64,000 nucleotides of DNA from Fidelibacterota bacterium (GTDB taxonomy: Bacteria; Fidelibacterota; Marinisomatia; SCGC-AAA003-L08; JACNLC01), in the NCBI GenBank assembly GCA_024277615.1, contig JAJRUW010000010.1, forward strand, positions 3,997 to 67,996, given 5' to 3'. Position 1 is the first letter of the stretch. Each line of letters opens with the position of its first letter. The notes below the pieces were generated by a model, which saw only the letters and a program-made list of their open reading frames with translations, was not told the origin of the DNA and did not search any database. This document shows positions 52,717-63,147 of the stretch, piece after piece. The translations under genes and the position numbers were made by a program.

Positions 52717-53618
52717 TGACCCGACGGATCCCGAGCCTCTGCGGAGACAGGATTCCCGTCATCGTTGGTCCGACGGGAGTTGGCAAAACTTCGTTTGCCA
52801 TCCGGTTGGCGCAGGAAATCTCCGGAGAGATCATTTCAGTCGATTCCCGGCAGATTTACCGCGGGTTCACTATTGGAACCGCACAGCCGACACAGGCTGA
52901 GCAGAGCCGGATCCCGCACCATCTGGTTGGTCTCCTTCCCGCCCACAAGATCATATCGGCAGGGGATTATGCTGATCTGGTGAAGGTGAAAATCCGGCAG
53001 ATCCAAAAAAACGGGAAAAAACCCGTTCTGACCGGTGGAACCCTGCTTTATATTCAGGCGATCTGCCATGGAATTGTGGAAGATCCGGGCGGAAATAAGA
53101 ATATCCGCAGTGCCATTGAAATGAGGCTGCGGACCGAAGGGCCGGCAGTCCTTTATCGGGAACTCGAACAGTTTGATCCGGAATATGCCGGTTTGGTCCA
53201 CGCGAATGATCTTAAAAGGATTGTAAGAGCGCATGAGATCTATCGTCAGAGCGGAATGGCACCGTCGCAGGTCTTCCGGGAACAGCAGCAGAAAGACAGT
53301 GCCGTGCGTTTAAAATATTTTCTAATCGGTTTGAAACGAGCTCGCTCTGAACTGTATCAAAGAATTGAGCAAAGGGTCGATGCCATGCTTGAAAACGGCT
53401 GGCTGGAGGAAGTCCGTCAACTGCTGGAACAGGGTGTGGACAGCCGGCAGCATGCCATGCAGAGTGTGGGTTACCGTCAGCTTATCGAAGTGCTGCAAGG
53501 CCGGCTTGAACTGAATAGTGCCGCTGAGATCATCAAACAAAAAACCCGGCAATTTGCCAAAAGACAATTGACCTGGTTACGGAAAATGGATTTAGATTTT
53601 GAGGTGGAGCTTTCCTGA
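52716..53618 (+). CDS. miaA: tRNA dimethylallyltransferase
   Basis: GPTGVGKT, DSRQIY, IGTA, PHHL, GGT.LY, FAKRQLTW. Confidence 0.95.
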   Translation: MTRRIPSLCGDRIPVIVGPTGVGKTSFAIRLAQEISGEIISVDSRQIYRGFTIGTAQPTQAEQSRIPHHLVGLLPAHKIISAGDYADLVKVKIRQIQKNGKKPVLTGGTLLYIQAICHGIVEDPGGNKNIRSAIEMRLRTEGPAVLYRELEQFDPEYAGLVHANDLKRIVRAHEIYRQSGMAPSQVFREQQQKDSAVRLKYFLIGLKRARSELYQRIEQRVDAMLENGWLEEVRQLLEQGVDSRQHAMQSVGYRQLIEVLQGRLELNSAAEIIKQKTRQFAKRQLTWLRKMDLDFEVELS

Positions 53619-53677
53619 AGTTTCTGCCTTTAAACTCCGCATCAGGCCGAAGTAACAGATAAACACAGAATTTTAAA

Positions 53678-54328
53678 TTGAAAAAACATTTAAAACAGAA
53701 TATGTTTGCAGGATTGCTGGCAGTATTGCCGGTGGCGCTGACGCTTATTATTATTCTCTGGTTATTTAAATATTTTTCCAAACCGGGTGTTAAACTGGTT
53801 GAATTTATATTTCGCAATCACCATATTTATAAATATCTGCCGCCGATTATGGGGTTTATCTTCACGCTTCTGTTCATTTATCTGCTGGGGGTAATCATCC
53901 GGAAAACACTGGGACGCCAGCTGCTGAATATTGTTGATAATCTTTTTGCCAAAATCCCCATAATCAATATTATCTTCACGACCATCAAACAAATTACAGC
54001 CAGCGTGGCCAATCCGAATTCCAAATCATTTCAAAAAGTTGTCATTGTCGAATATCCACGTAAAAATATATGGACTATCATGATGGTAACGGGAGAATCC
54101 GTCAACTCTCAGGGTGTGGAGTTTTATCATGTATTTGTGCCCACAACGCCCAATCCCACATCAGGGTTTATGTTGTTTGTAAGGAAAACGGATGTCATTG
54201 AGACCGATATCAGCATTGAGAATGGACTTAAAATGGTGATCTCCGGGGGGCTGCTTTCCTCACCGTTGAACTACATCGAGATTGAACAGCCAAAAACAAA
54301 ACCCGGTAAGGATAATACGGATGAATAA
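53678..54328 (+). CDS. DUF502 family membrane protein
   Basis: GLL..LP..LT, F..VV.VEYP, FVPTTPNPTSG, GLK.VISGG. Confidence 0.9.
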   Translation: MKKHLKQNMFAGLLAVLPVALTLIIILWLFKYFSKPGVKLVEFIFRNHHIYKYLPPIMGFIFTLLFIYLLGVIIRKTLGRQLLNIVDNLFAKIPIINIIFTTIKQITASVANPNSKSFQKVVIVEYPRKNIWTIMMVTGESVNSQGVEFYHVFVPTTPNPTSGFMLFVRKTDVIETDISIENGLKMVISGGLLSSPLNYIEIEQPKTKPGKDNTDE

Positions 54329-54451
54329 TTTACAATTATTTCAGAGACGGTTCCTGCGTATATCTCCGCCACTTAGTCAAAAACGGCCTGCCTTCCCGAA
54401 GGAATGGATCAAGACATCCCCGGCTGTCAACAGCGTATGTAACCGGGGCCA

Positions 54452-56170
54452 ATGAAGCAGTTGCAATACAGAATCCCGGTGCTAATAAGTCTTCTGGTGG
54501 CGGTGCTTTCCTTCAGCTCCTGTCATCACGATCAACAGAAATCTTTCGAGGATTTGAGTACTGCATTTTTACAGTGGTATTACAAAGGCCATCCGGTCAC
54601 GTCAACTGTAATCGGGGTCCATGAATTTGATGGGGATTTTCGGCGCTTTGACAAGGACTACCTCAGAGATCATCTGGCCGACCTGAAAAGATTTGATCTC
54701 GAACTTTCCCAGATCGACAGGGCCAAACTTCCCGACTACGAGGCCATTGACTATCTCATTATGAGTCGGAATGTTCAGCGCCTGATCTATGAAAACCGAA
54801 ACTACCGGGAAGAGCAGTGGAATCCCGTAATCTACCAGCAGGAGCTCAAGCTTGGATTGGCTGCAGTGGTTGAAGATCAGAAGTTGTCCATGAACGATAA
54901 AACTGAAGCTGTTGCAGGCAGACTTGGGCACATCAGTCGTCTGCTTGATGATGCGGAAGCTGCACTAACGGAGAGTACGGAGTCCTTGAAATCCTATGCT
55001 GTCACACTGCTTGACAGAAATGTGGAATTTATGCGGGAATTGCCGTTACAGCTCTCCGGAGATAATTTTACTCTTGATGAAATTGACCTTCTGATAAATG
55101 ACGGGATCAAACGGTTGCAAAAGCACCGGACATTTTTGGACAACTTGAATACGGTGTCCGGCAGCTACCCGCTGCCGGAACAGTTTCAAAACGAATTATC
55201 TCTCATTCTGGGAGAAGGCCTCACGGCTGATTCCCTCAGAGTGCTGGCAAAACATAGTTACCTCTCCGTTCAGGATGAAATGTTTGCGGTGGTGTATCCG
55301 TATTATCTAAAGACGAATGATGAGCCCGTTTGGGTCGGAAGACAGGATACGCTGCAGGTGATCGCCTGGGCTCTGGATCACCTGGGGCCGGAGAACGAGG
55401 ACCGCGATGTAATTGTTGCAAACGTATCTTCCTCATTGGAAAAGATCAGGTCAAATCTGACTGTAAACGACCTTTTAAAGCTCGGAGATACGGCTATTCA
55501 GATTCGCTGGGAAGTACCGCCTCTGTCGGCGGCTGCTCCGATCCGGCTGAGCACACTTGGTTATCGCAAACCCGACGGGATTGTCTATCTTTCAATAGCT
55601 GCTCTGACCGGTTCGCCAGATGAGCCGGAAGAGCGGGAACTCTCAAACCCGGTCCTGGCAAATATCCTGACGATGATGGCCGTATATCCCGGAGCCCTGG
55701 CTAAATTCGAATATGATCTTGAAATTCCCTCCGGGCTGAGACAGATTTTTCCTGATTCAGCAAATCTGCTTGGATGGCCCCTCTACAGTACGGAGATGTT
55801 TCTGAAGGCCGGCTATGGCAAGGATGATTATCGCAATCTGACGGCCCTGCTGGAGCAAAAGCTTAAAATCACTCTGGCAGCCTGGCAGACCGTCGAGTTT
55901 TACACAGCTCAGGTGTCCTCGGAAGAGCTCGGGCAAATATTAAAAAAGGAAGGGTTCCTGACCGACGCAGAGGCAGCTCGGGTGGAACAGGTCATGAGAC
56001 TTGTACCTTTTTACTACCCGGCGGCATTTATGGGGACCGAAGGATTTGAGAGACTCCGTCAGGCTGCCGAAAAAAAGTCCGCTGCTGAATTCTCGCCTGC
56101 GACCTTTCACGGGCGGATATTGTCAGCGGGATCCATTCCGCTCGAATATCTGGAAATGCCGGGGTTGTAA
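54452..56170 (+). CDS. DUF885 family lipoprotein, apparently lacking the metal-binding residues
   Basis: Lipobox FSS-C; HP..ST..G.H.FD start; YPG and GW.LY segments; terminal F....FH..IL..GS.PL. Confidence 0.8.
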   Translation: MKQLQYRIPVLISLLVAVLSFSSCHHDQQKSFEDLSTAFLQWYYKGHPVTSTVIGVHEFDGDFRRFDKDYLRDHLADLKRFDLELSQIDRAKLPDYEAIDYLIMSRNVQRLIYENRNYREEQWNPVIYQQELKLGLAAVVEDQKLSMNDKTEAVAGRLGHISRLLDDAEAALTESTESLKSYAVTLLDRNVEFMRELPLQLSGDNFTLDEIDLLINDGIKRLQKHRTFLDNLNTVSGSYPLPEQFQNELSLILGEGLTADSLRVLAKHSYLSVQDEMFAVVYPYYLKTNDEPVWVGRQDTLQVIAWALDHLGPENEDRDVIVANVSSSLEKIRSNLTVNDLLKLGDTAIQIRWEVPPLSAAAPIRLSTLGYRKPDGIVYLSIAALTGSPDEPEERELSNPVLANILTMMAVYPGALAKFEYDLEIPSGLRQIFPDSANLLGWPLYSTEMFLKAGYGKDDYRNLTALLEQKLKITLAAWQTVEFYTAQVSSEELGQILKKEGFLTDAEAARVEQVMRLVPFYYPAAFMGTEGFERLRQAAEKKSAAEFSPATFHGRILSAGSIPLEYLEMPGL

Positions 56171-56373
56171 TTTTACGGCGTACCTGTTAAATCAAGCCGG
56201 CGAAATCAAAATTATCCGTACAACTGAAGTTGTGATGCAAGCACGTAAATTCCCGTTAATGAGCAGCAGTCTCGAATTGTGAAGAGTCAACATAAAATAC
56301 ATTCAACATAACAATATTTGCGGGTAAATTCCATAGCTTTTTCCGGTGCAAATTCGACGATTTTACAACTGTA

Positions 56374-57123
56374 TTGCTGAAACATTTTAAACTCATTATT
56401 GAATATGACGGAACAGATCTTCACGGCTGGCAAGTACAAAGCAGTGACCGCACGGTTCAGGGAGATCTGGAAAGAATTCTGCGAATGATGTTCCCGGATG
56501 AAATAATTTCGCTGACGGGATCAGGCAGAACAGACAGTGGTGTTCACGCCATAGGGCAGGTAGCCAGTCTAAGTCTGTACACAAAACTCGACCCCGCCGA
56601 TCTGAAAAATGCCCTGAATGCAAACTTAAAAGATGATATCCGAATTCGGGACTGCTCACTCACAGATGGGAAATTTCATGCAAGATATTCGGCGATCCGC
56701 AGGACTTACAGCTATCATATCGTTCGGGAATATTCCGTATTTACACGGAGATCTGCCTGGTGGGTAAAATATCCTCTTGATATGCAGGCTTTGCAGGCCT
56801 GTGCAGAAGTCGTCCGGGGTCAACATGATTTCAACAAGTTCTGCAAAGCGACAGCTGAGGTCAAAAATAAAATTTGCCACGTTACCCAATCGTACTGGAC
56901 GGATGAGGGGAAGCACCTGCACTATACAATCAGCGCGGACCGGTTTTTACAGCACATGGTCAGATATTTGGTGGGAACGATGATTGAAGTAGGGCGTGGC
57001 AGATACCGCAATGAGGGCTTTGCTACAATGGTCAATTCTGCCGGCAGCGAAATGAGCGTCGTAAGGGCTCCTGCCCGGGGGCTGACCTTGCAGAAAGTTG
57101 AATATACGTCAGGCGGCGCCTGA
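56374..57123 (+). CDS. truA: tRNA pseudouridine(38-40) synthase
   Basis: YDGT..HGWQ.Q, GRTDSGVHA, FHARY.A..R.Y.Y, G.HDF, FL.HMVR. Confidence 0.96.
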   Translation: MLKHFKLIIEYDGTDLHGWQVQSSDRTVQGDLERILRMMFPDEIISLTGSGRTDSGVHAIGQVASLSLYTKLDPADLKNALNANLKDDIRIRDCSLTDGKFHARYSAIRRTYSYHIVREYSVFTRRSAWWVKYPLDMQALQACAEVVRGQHDFNKFCKATAEVKNKICHVTQSYWTDEGKHLHYTISADRFLQHMVRYLVGTMIEVGRGRYRNEGFATMVNSAGSEMSVVRAPARGLTLQKVEYTSGGA

Positions 57124-57161
57124 AAAAGATTTTATGTTAGATTTTGATAAAGGAAGTTCGG

Positions 57162-58277
57162 ATGATTAAAAAGGCTTTTGGCATCGTATTCGTAATGTGG
57201 CTTTTTGTTTTGAGCTACACTTACATCTCGAGGACTTCAGGTGCCCCGGCTGAATTAAATAATCTCCGTCAGACTGCCATTACGCTGGCAATTGAAAAAG
57301 TCAGCCCGGCCGTAGTTGGGATTAATGTGACTCAACTAAAAAAACAGCGTACGGGGACTTTCGGCATTGACCCCTTCTGGGGCAATTTTTTCCCCCAGAC
57401 GCGGACATATAAGGTTGAAAGTCTGGGGTCAGGTGTGGTGATCAGCAGTGACGGATATATCGTCACCAATGCACATGTGGTTGATGATGCTTACGAGATA
57501 ATTGTGACTTTTGCCGGGGGGCATCAGGCCGAAGGAGAACTGGTGGGTACCGATAAACTTACGGATATAGCTTTGATCAAAGTTGACGGTGAAGACCATC
57601 CCTATGCCGATATGGGAGATTCGGAAGATCTGATGGTAGGTGAATGGGCTATCGCTCTGGGGAATCCCCTGGGACTTTTTAATGTGGGCTATATGCCCAC
57701 TGCAACAGCCGGGATTATCAGCGGCCTGCACATGGATTTTGGCCAGAAGGGCTCGGGACAGGTTTATCAAAATATGATCCAGACCGATGCCTCCATCAAT
57801 CCGGGTAACAGCGGGGGACCGCTGGTCAATGCTCTCGGTGAAGTGATAGGGATAAATACTTTCATCATGACGGGCCAGGGTTACTCGACCGGTTCCATCG
57901 GAATCGGCTTTGCCATTCCCATCGGCAGGGTTAAAACCATAGCGGACGAGTTGAAACAATATGGCAAGATAGAACGCAACTTTGTAACCGGTGTTCAAGT
58001 GCAGGCGATCAACAGTTATTTACAAAAATACTTAAGATTACCAACTGCAAATGGCGTTATTGTAACAGATATAGAAAAGCAATCCTCTGGTGAGAAATCC
58101 GGATTAGAGATAGGGGACATCATTCTCCAGGTTGAAGATCAGGATGTCAACTCAAGAGATGACATTATCAGGGTCATTGATGAGCATTTCCATAAAGTCG
58201 GAGATATCGTAAAACTAAAGGTCATGCGTGAGGGGAAAATGCTGGACCTGCAATTAGAGCTTGCGGAGCGTAAATGA
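57162..58277 (+). CDS. HtrA/DegP-like serine protease with one PDZ domain
   Basis: GSG, TNAHVV, DIALIK, QTDASINPGNSGGPL, GFAIP. Confidence 0.94.
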   Translation: MIKKAFGIVFVMWLFVLSYTYISRTSGAPAELNNLRQTAITLAIEKVSPAVVGINVTQLKKQRTGTFGIDPFWGNFFPQTRTYKVESLGSGVVISSDGYIVTNAHVVDDAYEIIVTFAGGHQAEGELVGTDKLTDIALIKVDGEDHPYADMGDSEDLMVGEWAIALGNPLGLFNVGYMPTATAGIISGLHMDFGQKGSGQVYQNMIQTDASINPGNSGGPLVNALGEVIGINTFIMTGQGYSTGSIGIGFAIPIGRVKTIADELKQYGKIERNFVTGVQVQAINSYLQKYLRLPTANGVIVTDIEKQSSGEKSGLEIGDIILQVEDQDVNSRDDIIRVIDEHFHKVGDIVKLKVMREGKMLDLQLELAERK

Positions 58278-59566
58278 TTGACCGTTATACAACGCCAGAG
58301 CTGAAACGTATCTGGTCCGACCGGCATAAATTTGAAACCTGGCAACGGGTTGAAGTAACCGTCACCGAAGTACTGGCAGACCGGGGAGAAGTGCCTGCCG
58401 AAGCGGCGAGGGTCATTCGGGAAAAAGCCGATTTCAATATTGACCGGATACTGGAGATTGAGGCAACTACGCATCATGATGTGATTGCTTTTCTAACCTG
58501 CCTGGCAGAAAATATAGGTCCGGAAGCTCGCTTTCTCCACAAAGGAATGACATCATCTGATCTGCTGGACACATCATTGGCTCTGTTATGCAGGGAGGCC
58601 GGCGAAGAAATCCTGGAGAAACTGAAGGTCTTCTACGGTATTTTGAGGGATCAGGCCCGAAAATATAAAACAACATTTCAGATTGGTCGTACACACGGAG
58701 TTCATGCCGAACTGATCACATTCGGTTTAAAACTCGCCCTGTGGAGTGAAGAGATCAAACGTCAGCTCAAGCGTTGGGAGGAAGCCGTCGAGTCCATTTC
58801 CACGGGTAAGATTTCAGGAGCAGTGGGGACCTATCAGCATCTGGACCCTGAAGTGGAGATCGAAACCTGTCGTCGTCTGGGGTTGAAACCGGCAACTGTT
58901 TCCAGCCAGATCGTTGCCAGAGACCACCATGCGCAATATTTGAATGCGCTGGCCCTGACAGGTACTTCTCTGGAAAAAATTGCCCTGGAAATTCGGCACC
59001 TCCAAAGGACCGAAGTGCTGGAAGCTGAGGAATATTTCGCCAGGGGTCAAAAAGGTTCCTCTGCCATGCCCCACAAACGTAACCCCATCATATCTGAACG
59101 AATTTCGGGACTTGCCAGACTACTGCGGGGAAATGCTCTGGTGGGTATGGAAAATGTTGCGCTATGGCATGAGCGTGATATTTCTCATTCTTCCGTTGAG
59201 CGTATCATCATACCGGATTCCACTACTATTCTGGATTATATGCTGTATAAGATTATCGCTCTGGTAAAGAACCTGATGGTTTACCCGGACAAAATGGCTA
59301 AAAATATCCGGCTTACTCACGGCCTGATCTTTAGCCAGGAGATTCTGTTAGCTTTGATAGAGCAGGGAATGACCCGGGAAGCGGCATATCAGTTAGTTCA
59401 GAAACATGCCCTTAAGGCCTGGGAAAATGGTCTTGATTTTAAAAAACTGCTGCTGGAAGACCCCGACATATCAACCCTGCTTGTCCCCGGGGTGATCGAT
59501 ACACTTTTCGACCGTCAGAAGGTGTTGAAGAATATCAATAAAATTTTTAGCAGACTCGGACTCTGA
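58274..59566 (+). CDS. purB: Adenylosuccinate lyase
   Basis: IDRY, HDVIAF, GRTHGVHA, GSSAMPHKRNP, HERDISHSS.ER. Confidence 0.97.
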   Translation: MIDRYTTPELKRIWSDRHKFETWQRVEVTVTEVLADRGEVPAEAARVIREKADFNIDRILEIEATTHHDVIAFLTCLAENIGPEARFLHKGMTSSDLLDTSLALLCREAGEEILEKLKVFYGILRDQARKYKTTFQIGRTHGVHAELITFGLKLALWSEEIKRQLKRWEEAVESISTGKISGAVGTYQHLDPEVEIETCRRLGLKPATVSSQIVARDHHAQYLNALALTGTSLEKIALEIRHLQRTEVLEAEEYFARGQKGSSAMPHKRNPIISERISGLARLLRGNALVGMENVALWHERDISHSSVERIIIPDSTTILDYMLYKIIALVKNLMVYPDKMAKNIRLTHGLIFSQEILLALIEQGMTREAAYQLVQKHALKAWENGLDFKKLLLEDPDISTLLVPGVIDTLFDRQKVLKNINKIFSRLGL

Positions 59567-60519
59567 TGAAATCGATTATCCGCCGCCAGTTGGATCACAC
59601 ACTGGATGATATTACACTTCCGGAACTGGGCCGGGCCTATGCGGGAAAAGTCCGCAACGTATATCATCAGGATGATAGGATCATCATGATAACTACAGAC
59701 AGGGTATCTGCTTTTGACCACGTTCTTGGTACAATCCCTTTTAAAGGGCAGGTCCTGACCCAGTTAGCCCGTTTCTGGTTTGATAAGACCTCCGGAGTGG
59801 TGCCAAATCATGTCATCGATTATCCGGACCCCCAGGTACTGGTTGCCCGGAAAGCGGAGATGCTGCCTGTTGAAGTGATTGTCAGGGCCTATATCACGGG
59901 GAGCCTCTGGCGTGAGTACGACAACGGTATCCGTGATCAATACGGCTTCGTATTGCCGGAGGGCTTGCAAAAAGACCAGTTGTTACCCGAACCCATAATA
60001 ACGCCCTCCACCAAGGCGGAATATGGGGAACATGACCTGCCAATCTCGAGAGAAGAGATCATTCGCCGGAATTTAATCCCGCCCGATGTTTATAACCAGG
60101 CTGAAATATATGCCCGTAAATTATTTTCCATCGGCCAGTGCTGGGCAGCGCAGCAGGGTTTGATTCTCGTGGATACAAAGTATGAATTCGGTATGTATGA
60201 GGGTAAATTGCTCGTTGTGGATGAGATTCACACTCCGGATTCCAGTCGTTACTGGGTGGCGGAGGAGTACGAAACCCGTTTTGCGGCTCATACCGACCAG
60301 CGCATGCTGGATAAAGAAAACCTGCGGCAGTGGCTCCTGGGCAAGAACTTTTCGGGACAGGGGACTCCACCAAAACTGACATCGGAGATCAGGATTGTCC
60401 TTGCAGAGCACTACCTCAACCTGTATAACCGGCTGACGGATTCCGTATTCACACCGCAAACGGGTTCGGTGAAAGAACGTATCACTGCTAATCTGCGCAA
60501 GGCGGGACTCCTGAAATGA
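59566..60519 (+). CDS. purC: SAICAR synthetase
   Basis: GKVR.VY, TDRVSAFD, IP.KG, TPSTKA, DTKYEFG, DEIHTPDSSRYW. Confidence 0.96.
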   Translation: MKSIIRRQLDHTLDDITLPELGRAYAGKVRNVYHQDDRIIMITTDRVSAFDHVLGTIPFKGQVLTQLARFWFDKTSGVVPNHVIDYPDPQVLVARKAEMLPVEVIVRAYITGSLWREYDNGIRDQYGFVLPEGLQKDQLLPEPIITPSTKAEYGEHDLPISREEIIRRNLIPPDVYNQAEIYARKLFSIGQCWAAQQGLILVDTKYEFGMYEGKLLVVDEIHTPDSSRYWVAEEYETRFAAHTDQRMLDKENLRQWLLGKNFSGQGTPPKLTSEIRIVLAEHYLNLYNRLTDSVFTPQTGSVKERITANLRKAGLLK

Positions 60520-61160
60520 TCGCCCCTGAAGGAAAGATTATACTGATCCCGCTGCTGGTGATAGTGATAGCTGGAGCCTTAGTTAATTACCTGCATCCGG
60601 TGGGCTGGCTGAAGTATTTTAATGGTGTGGCAGTCATCCTTTTTCTGTTTTCGTTGTATTTCTTCAGAGACCCGCAGCGTAAAGTCAGCGCTGATCCGGA
60701 AGCTTTTATTTCACCCGGAGACGGAAAAATCGTAAACATCCAGAAAATTACCGATCCCGGACTGGGTGGCGAAGCTGTGCAGATCTCAATATTTCTCTCA
60801 GTCTTCAATGTCCACTGCCAGCGGGTACCGCTTGATGGTTTCGTGCAGAGTTATACCTATACGAAGGGTAAATTTTTTGGGGCTTACCGGCACAAAGCTT
60901 CGCTGGATAATGAGCAGACCCGCATCATTTTTCGAACAGAGGGGAATAAATTTTACGAAGTCAAACAAATTGCCGGCTTCATTGCCCGTCGGATAATTTG
61001 CTATATGAAACCAGGGATGGCGGTTAAACGGGGTGACAGGCTGGGGTTTATCAGATTCGGTTCCCGCGTGGATATCATAGTACCTCCTTCGTTTCAAATT
61101 GATGTTTCCGTCGGGGAACATGTAACAGGGGGGGAGACAGTAATAGGTAAATTCTTATGA
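60516..61160 (+). CDS. psd: Phosphatidylserine decarboxylase proenzyme
   Basis: FFRDP.R, SP.DG, SIFLSVFNVH, QIAG..ARRI, FGSRVD autocleavage motif. Confidence 0.95.
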   Translation: MIAPEGKIILIPLLVIVIAGALVNYLHPVGWLKYFNGVAVILFLFSLYFFRDPQRKVSADPEAFISPGDGKIVNIQKITDPGLGGEAVQISIFLSVFNVHCQRVPLDGFVQSYTYTKGKFFGAYRHKASLDNEQTRIIFRTEGNKFYEVKQIAGFIARRIICYMKPGMAVKRGDRLGFIRFGSRVDIIVPPSFQIDVSVGEHVTGGETVIGKFL

Positions 61161-61903
61161 AAATACGTCGTCATATTCCGAGCTTCTTTACGCTGTTAAA
61201 TCTGTTTTTAGGTTTTCTGTCCATTCTGCAAACCCAGGCCCATAATTTTGAAACTGCCTGTTACATCATTCTTTTGGCGGGTGTTTTCGACAGCGCCGAC
61301 GGTAAACTTGCCCGCCTGTTCGGTAATTCATCCAGTTTTGGGATTGAAATAGATTCTCTGGCAGATATGGTTTCATTCTGTCTGGCTCCCTCTGTCCTCA
61401 TTTATACTCTGTACACTCATGATATGCCGGGATTATCCGGAGAGCTGATAGCTTCTGCACCTCTGCTGGTTGGTGCTGTCAGGCTGGCCAGGTTCAATGT
61501 AATTCAGAACGAGAAGCCTTCGGCTTATTTTGTTGGGTTGCCGACGCCAATCATGGCCCTGACCGTTGCATCACTGGTACTTTTCACTGAAAATATCAAA
61601 TCGGTTAACCCCGAATATACACAGCCGCGTTTGCTACTGCCGATAATTTTTGCCATTTCTTTTCTCATGGTGAGTAAGATCAAATATGCCAAATTCCCGA
61701 TGCTGACCTTCGGAAAAGGTACTCAAAACACACAGCGTTTGATCGGTGTAATGCTGTTTGCGGTAACTTTTATTATCGGACTTTTTTATCAGAAGGCTTC
61801 CTGGGTTCTGTTGGCGTTTCTGTCATATTATGTCTTAAGCGGGATCCTGCGCAGGCTGTTAAGTCTGGAAGAAACAGAAATCGCAGGGGCCGGATCAGAA
61901 TAA
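61157..61903 (+). CDS. pssA: CDP-diacylglycerol--serine O-phosphatidyltransferase
   Basis: D..DG..AR...S.FG..IDSLAD.VSF..AP, RLARFN, F.GLP.P. Confidence 0.93.
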   Translation: MKIRRHIPSFFTLLNLFLGFLSILQTQAHNFETACYIILLAGVFDSADGKLARLFGNSSSFGIEIDSLADMVSFCLAPSVLIYTLYTHDMPGLSGELIASAPLLVGAVRLARFNVIQNEKPSAYFVGLPTPIMALTVASLVLFTENIKSVNPEYTQPRLLLPIIFAISFLMVSKIKYAKFPMLTFGKGTQNTQRLIGVMLFAVTFIIGLFYQKASWVLLAFLSYYVLSGILRRLLSLEETEIAGAGSE

Positions 61904-61943
61904 CAGTACCGGATAAAATGATAAAATCGATTGAGGTCAGAAA

Positions 61944-62186
61944 ATGAAAGCTGAAATATACGTAACCTGCAAACAAGGTATCCTGGACCCCGAAGGCAAT
62001 GCCGTCAGGAAAGCTCTAAATTCAATCGGATTTGATGCCGTTGGATCTGTTCGCTTCGGGAAATATATCGAAATGGAATTTGCGGATGTGGACAAGGCAG
62101 AGGCCGAGAAACTCACTGAGGAGGCATGCCGTAAATTGCTGGCAAATCAGAATACAGAAACCTACAGGTTTGAGATAGTGGACTGA
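61944..62186 (+). CDS. purS: FGAM synthase subunit PurS
   Basis: LDPEG.AV..AL, VR.GK, KLLAN...E.Y. Confidence 0.95.
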   Translation: MKAEIYVTCKQGILDPEGNAVRKALNSIGFDAVGSVRFGKYIEMEFADVDKAEAEKLTEEACRKLLANQNTETYRFEIVD

Positions 62187-62188
62187 CC

Positions 62189-62860
62189 ATGAGGATTGCA
62201 GTTATAGTATTTCCCGGCTCAAATTGTGACCATGACGCGTATTCGGTCTTGAAGGGAATCCGCCAGATTGAAGTGCATTTCGTGTGGCACAAAGAAACCG
62301 ATCTTAGCCGTTATGAAGGCATAGTGATACCCGGCGGATTTTCTTACGGAGACTATCTGCGGCCGGGTTCGATAGCGAAGTTTTCTCCCATCATGACTTC
62401 AATAATCGAAAAAGCAAAAAATGGTTTTCCCGTTTTGGGTATCTGCAACGGCTTCCAGGTATTGGTAGAGTCCGGTCTGCTGCCCGGGGCTCTCATCACA
62501 AACAAAAAGTTGAAATTCTCGAGCCGCCCGGTTGCACTCATCGCACAGACCACTGATTCAATTTTCACCAGGAATCTGAAAAAGGGTGAGAAATTAGTTA
62601 TGCCCATTGCTCACAGACAGGGTAATTTTACAGCAGATGAAGATACATTGAAGGCGATTCGGGATGATGATCGCATCGTTTTCACTTATGGTCACGAATT
62701 TGGTGGTAATCCCAATGGTTCGGCCCTGGATATCGCAGGTATTCTGAATAAAAAAAGGAATGTGCTGGGGATGATGCCGCATCCTGAGCGGGCTGCCGAC
62801 CCGCTTTTAGGGTCAACCGACGGGTTAAAGATATTTGAAAGTCTGGCAGGTATTACATGA
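62189..62860 (+). CDS. purQ: FGAM synthase glutaminase subunit PurQ
   Basis: FPGSNCD, PGGFSYGDYLR, GICNGFQ, NPNGS, GMMPHPER. Confidence 0.97.
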   Translation: MRIAVIVFPGSNCDHDAYSVLKGIRQIEVHFVWHKETDLSRYEGIVIPGGFSYGDYLRPGSIAKFSPIMTSIIEKAKNGFPVLGICNGFQVLVESGLLPGALITNKKLKFSSRPVALIAQTTDSIFTRNLKKGEKLVMPIAHRQGNFTADEDTLKAIRDDDRIVFTYGHEFGGNPNGSALDIAGILNKKRNVLGMMPHPERAADPLLGSTDGLKIFESLAGIT

Positions 62861-63135
62861 AATTTCAACCGAGTCGTAAACGAACTGTAAAATTTATATT
62901 CCTGATTCTCTTTTTCGGTATTCTCCTGGGTACTCTGCTGGGTTTGCTGGTTGGTTTTATCGTTCCGGAAGGGGTCGTAAAAGATTTCTTTGTCAAATCC
63001 ATCACTTTGGGTTGGGAGCCTGTCACTTTAAACTTATCATTACTGACACTGACCGTCGGCTTTTCTTTCAAAGTCAGTGTATTAAGTTTACTGGGTATTG
63101 CAATAACCTGGTACTATTTGAGATATTTTAGATAA
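62857..63135 (+). CDS. DUF4321-like small membrane protein
   Basis: TM - P..LNL..L..T.GF...V...S.LG - TM pattern. Confidence 0.7.
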   Translation: MKFQPSRKRTVKFIFLILFFGILLGTLLGLLVGFIVPEGVVKDFFVKSITLGWEPVTLNLSLLTLTVGFSFKVSVLSLLGIAITWYYLRYFR

Positions 63136-63147
63136 AAGGAGTAAACC

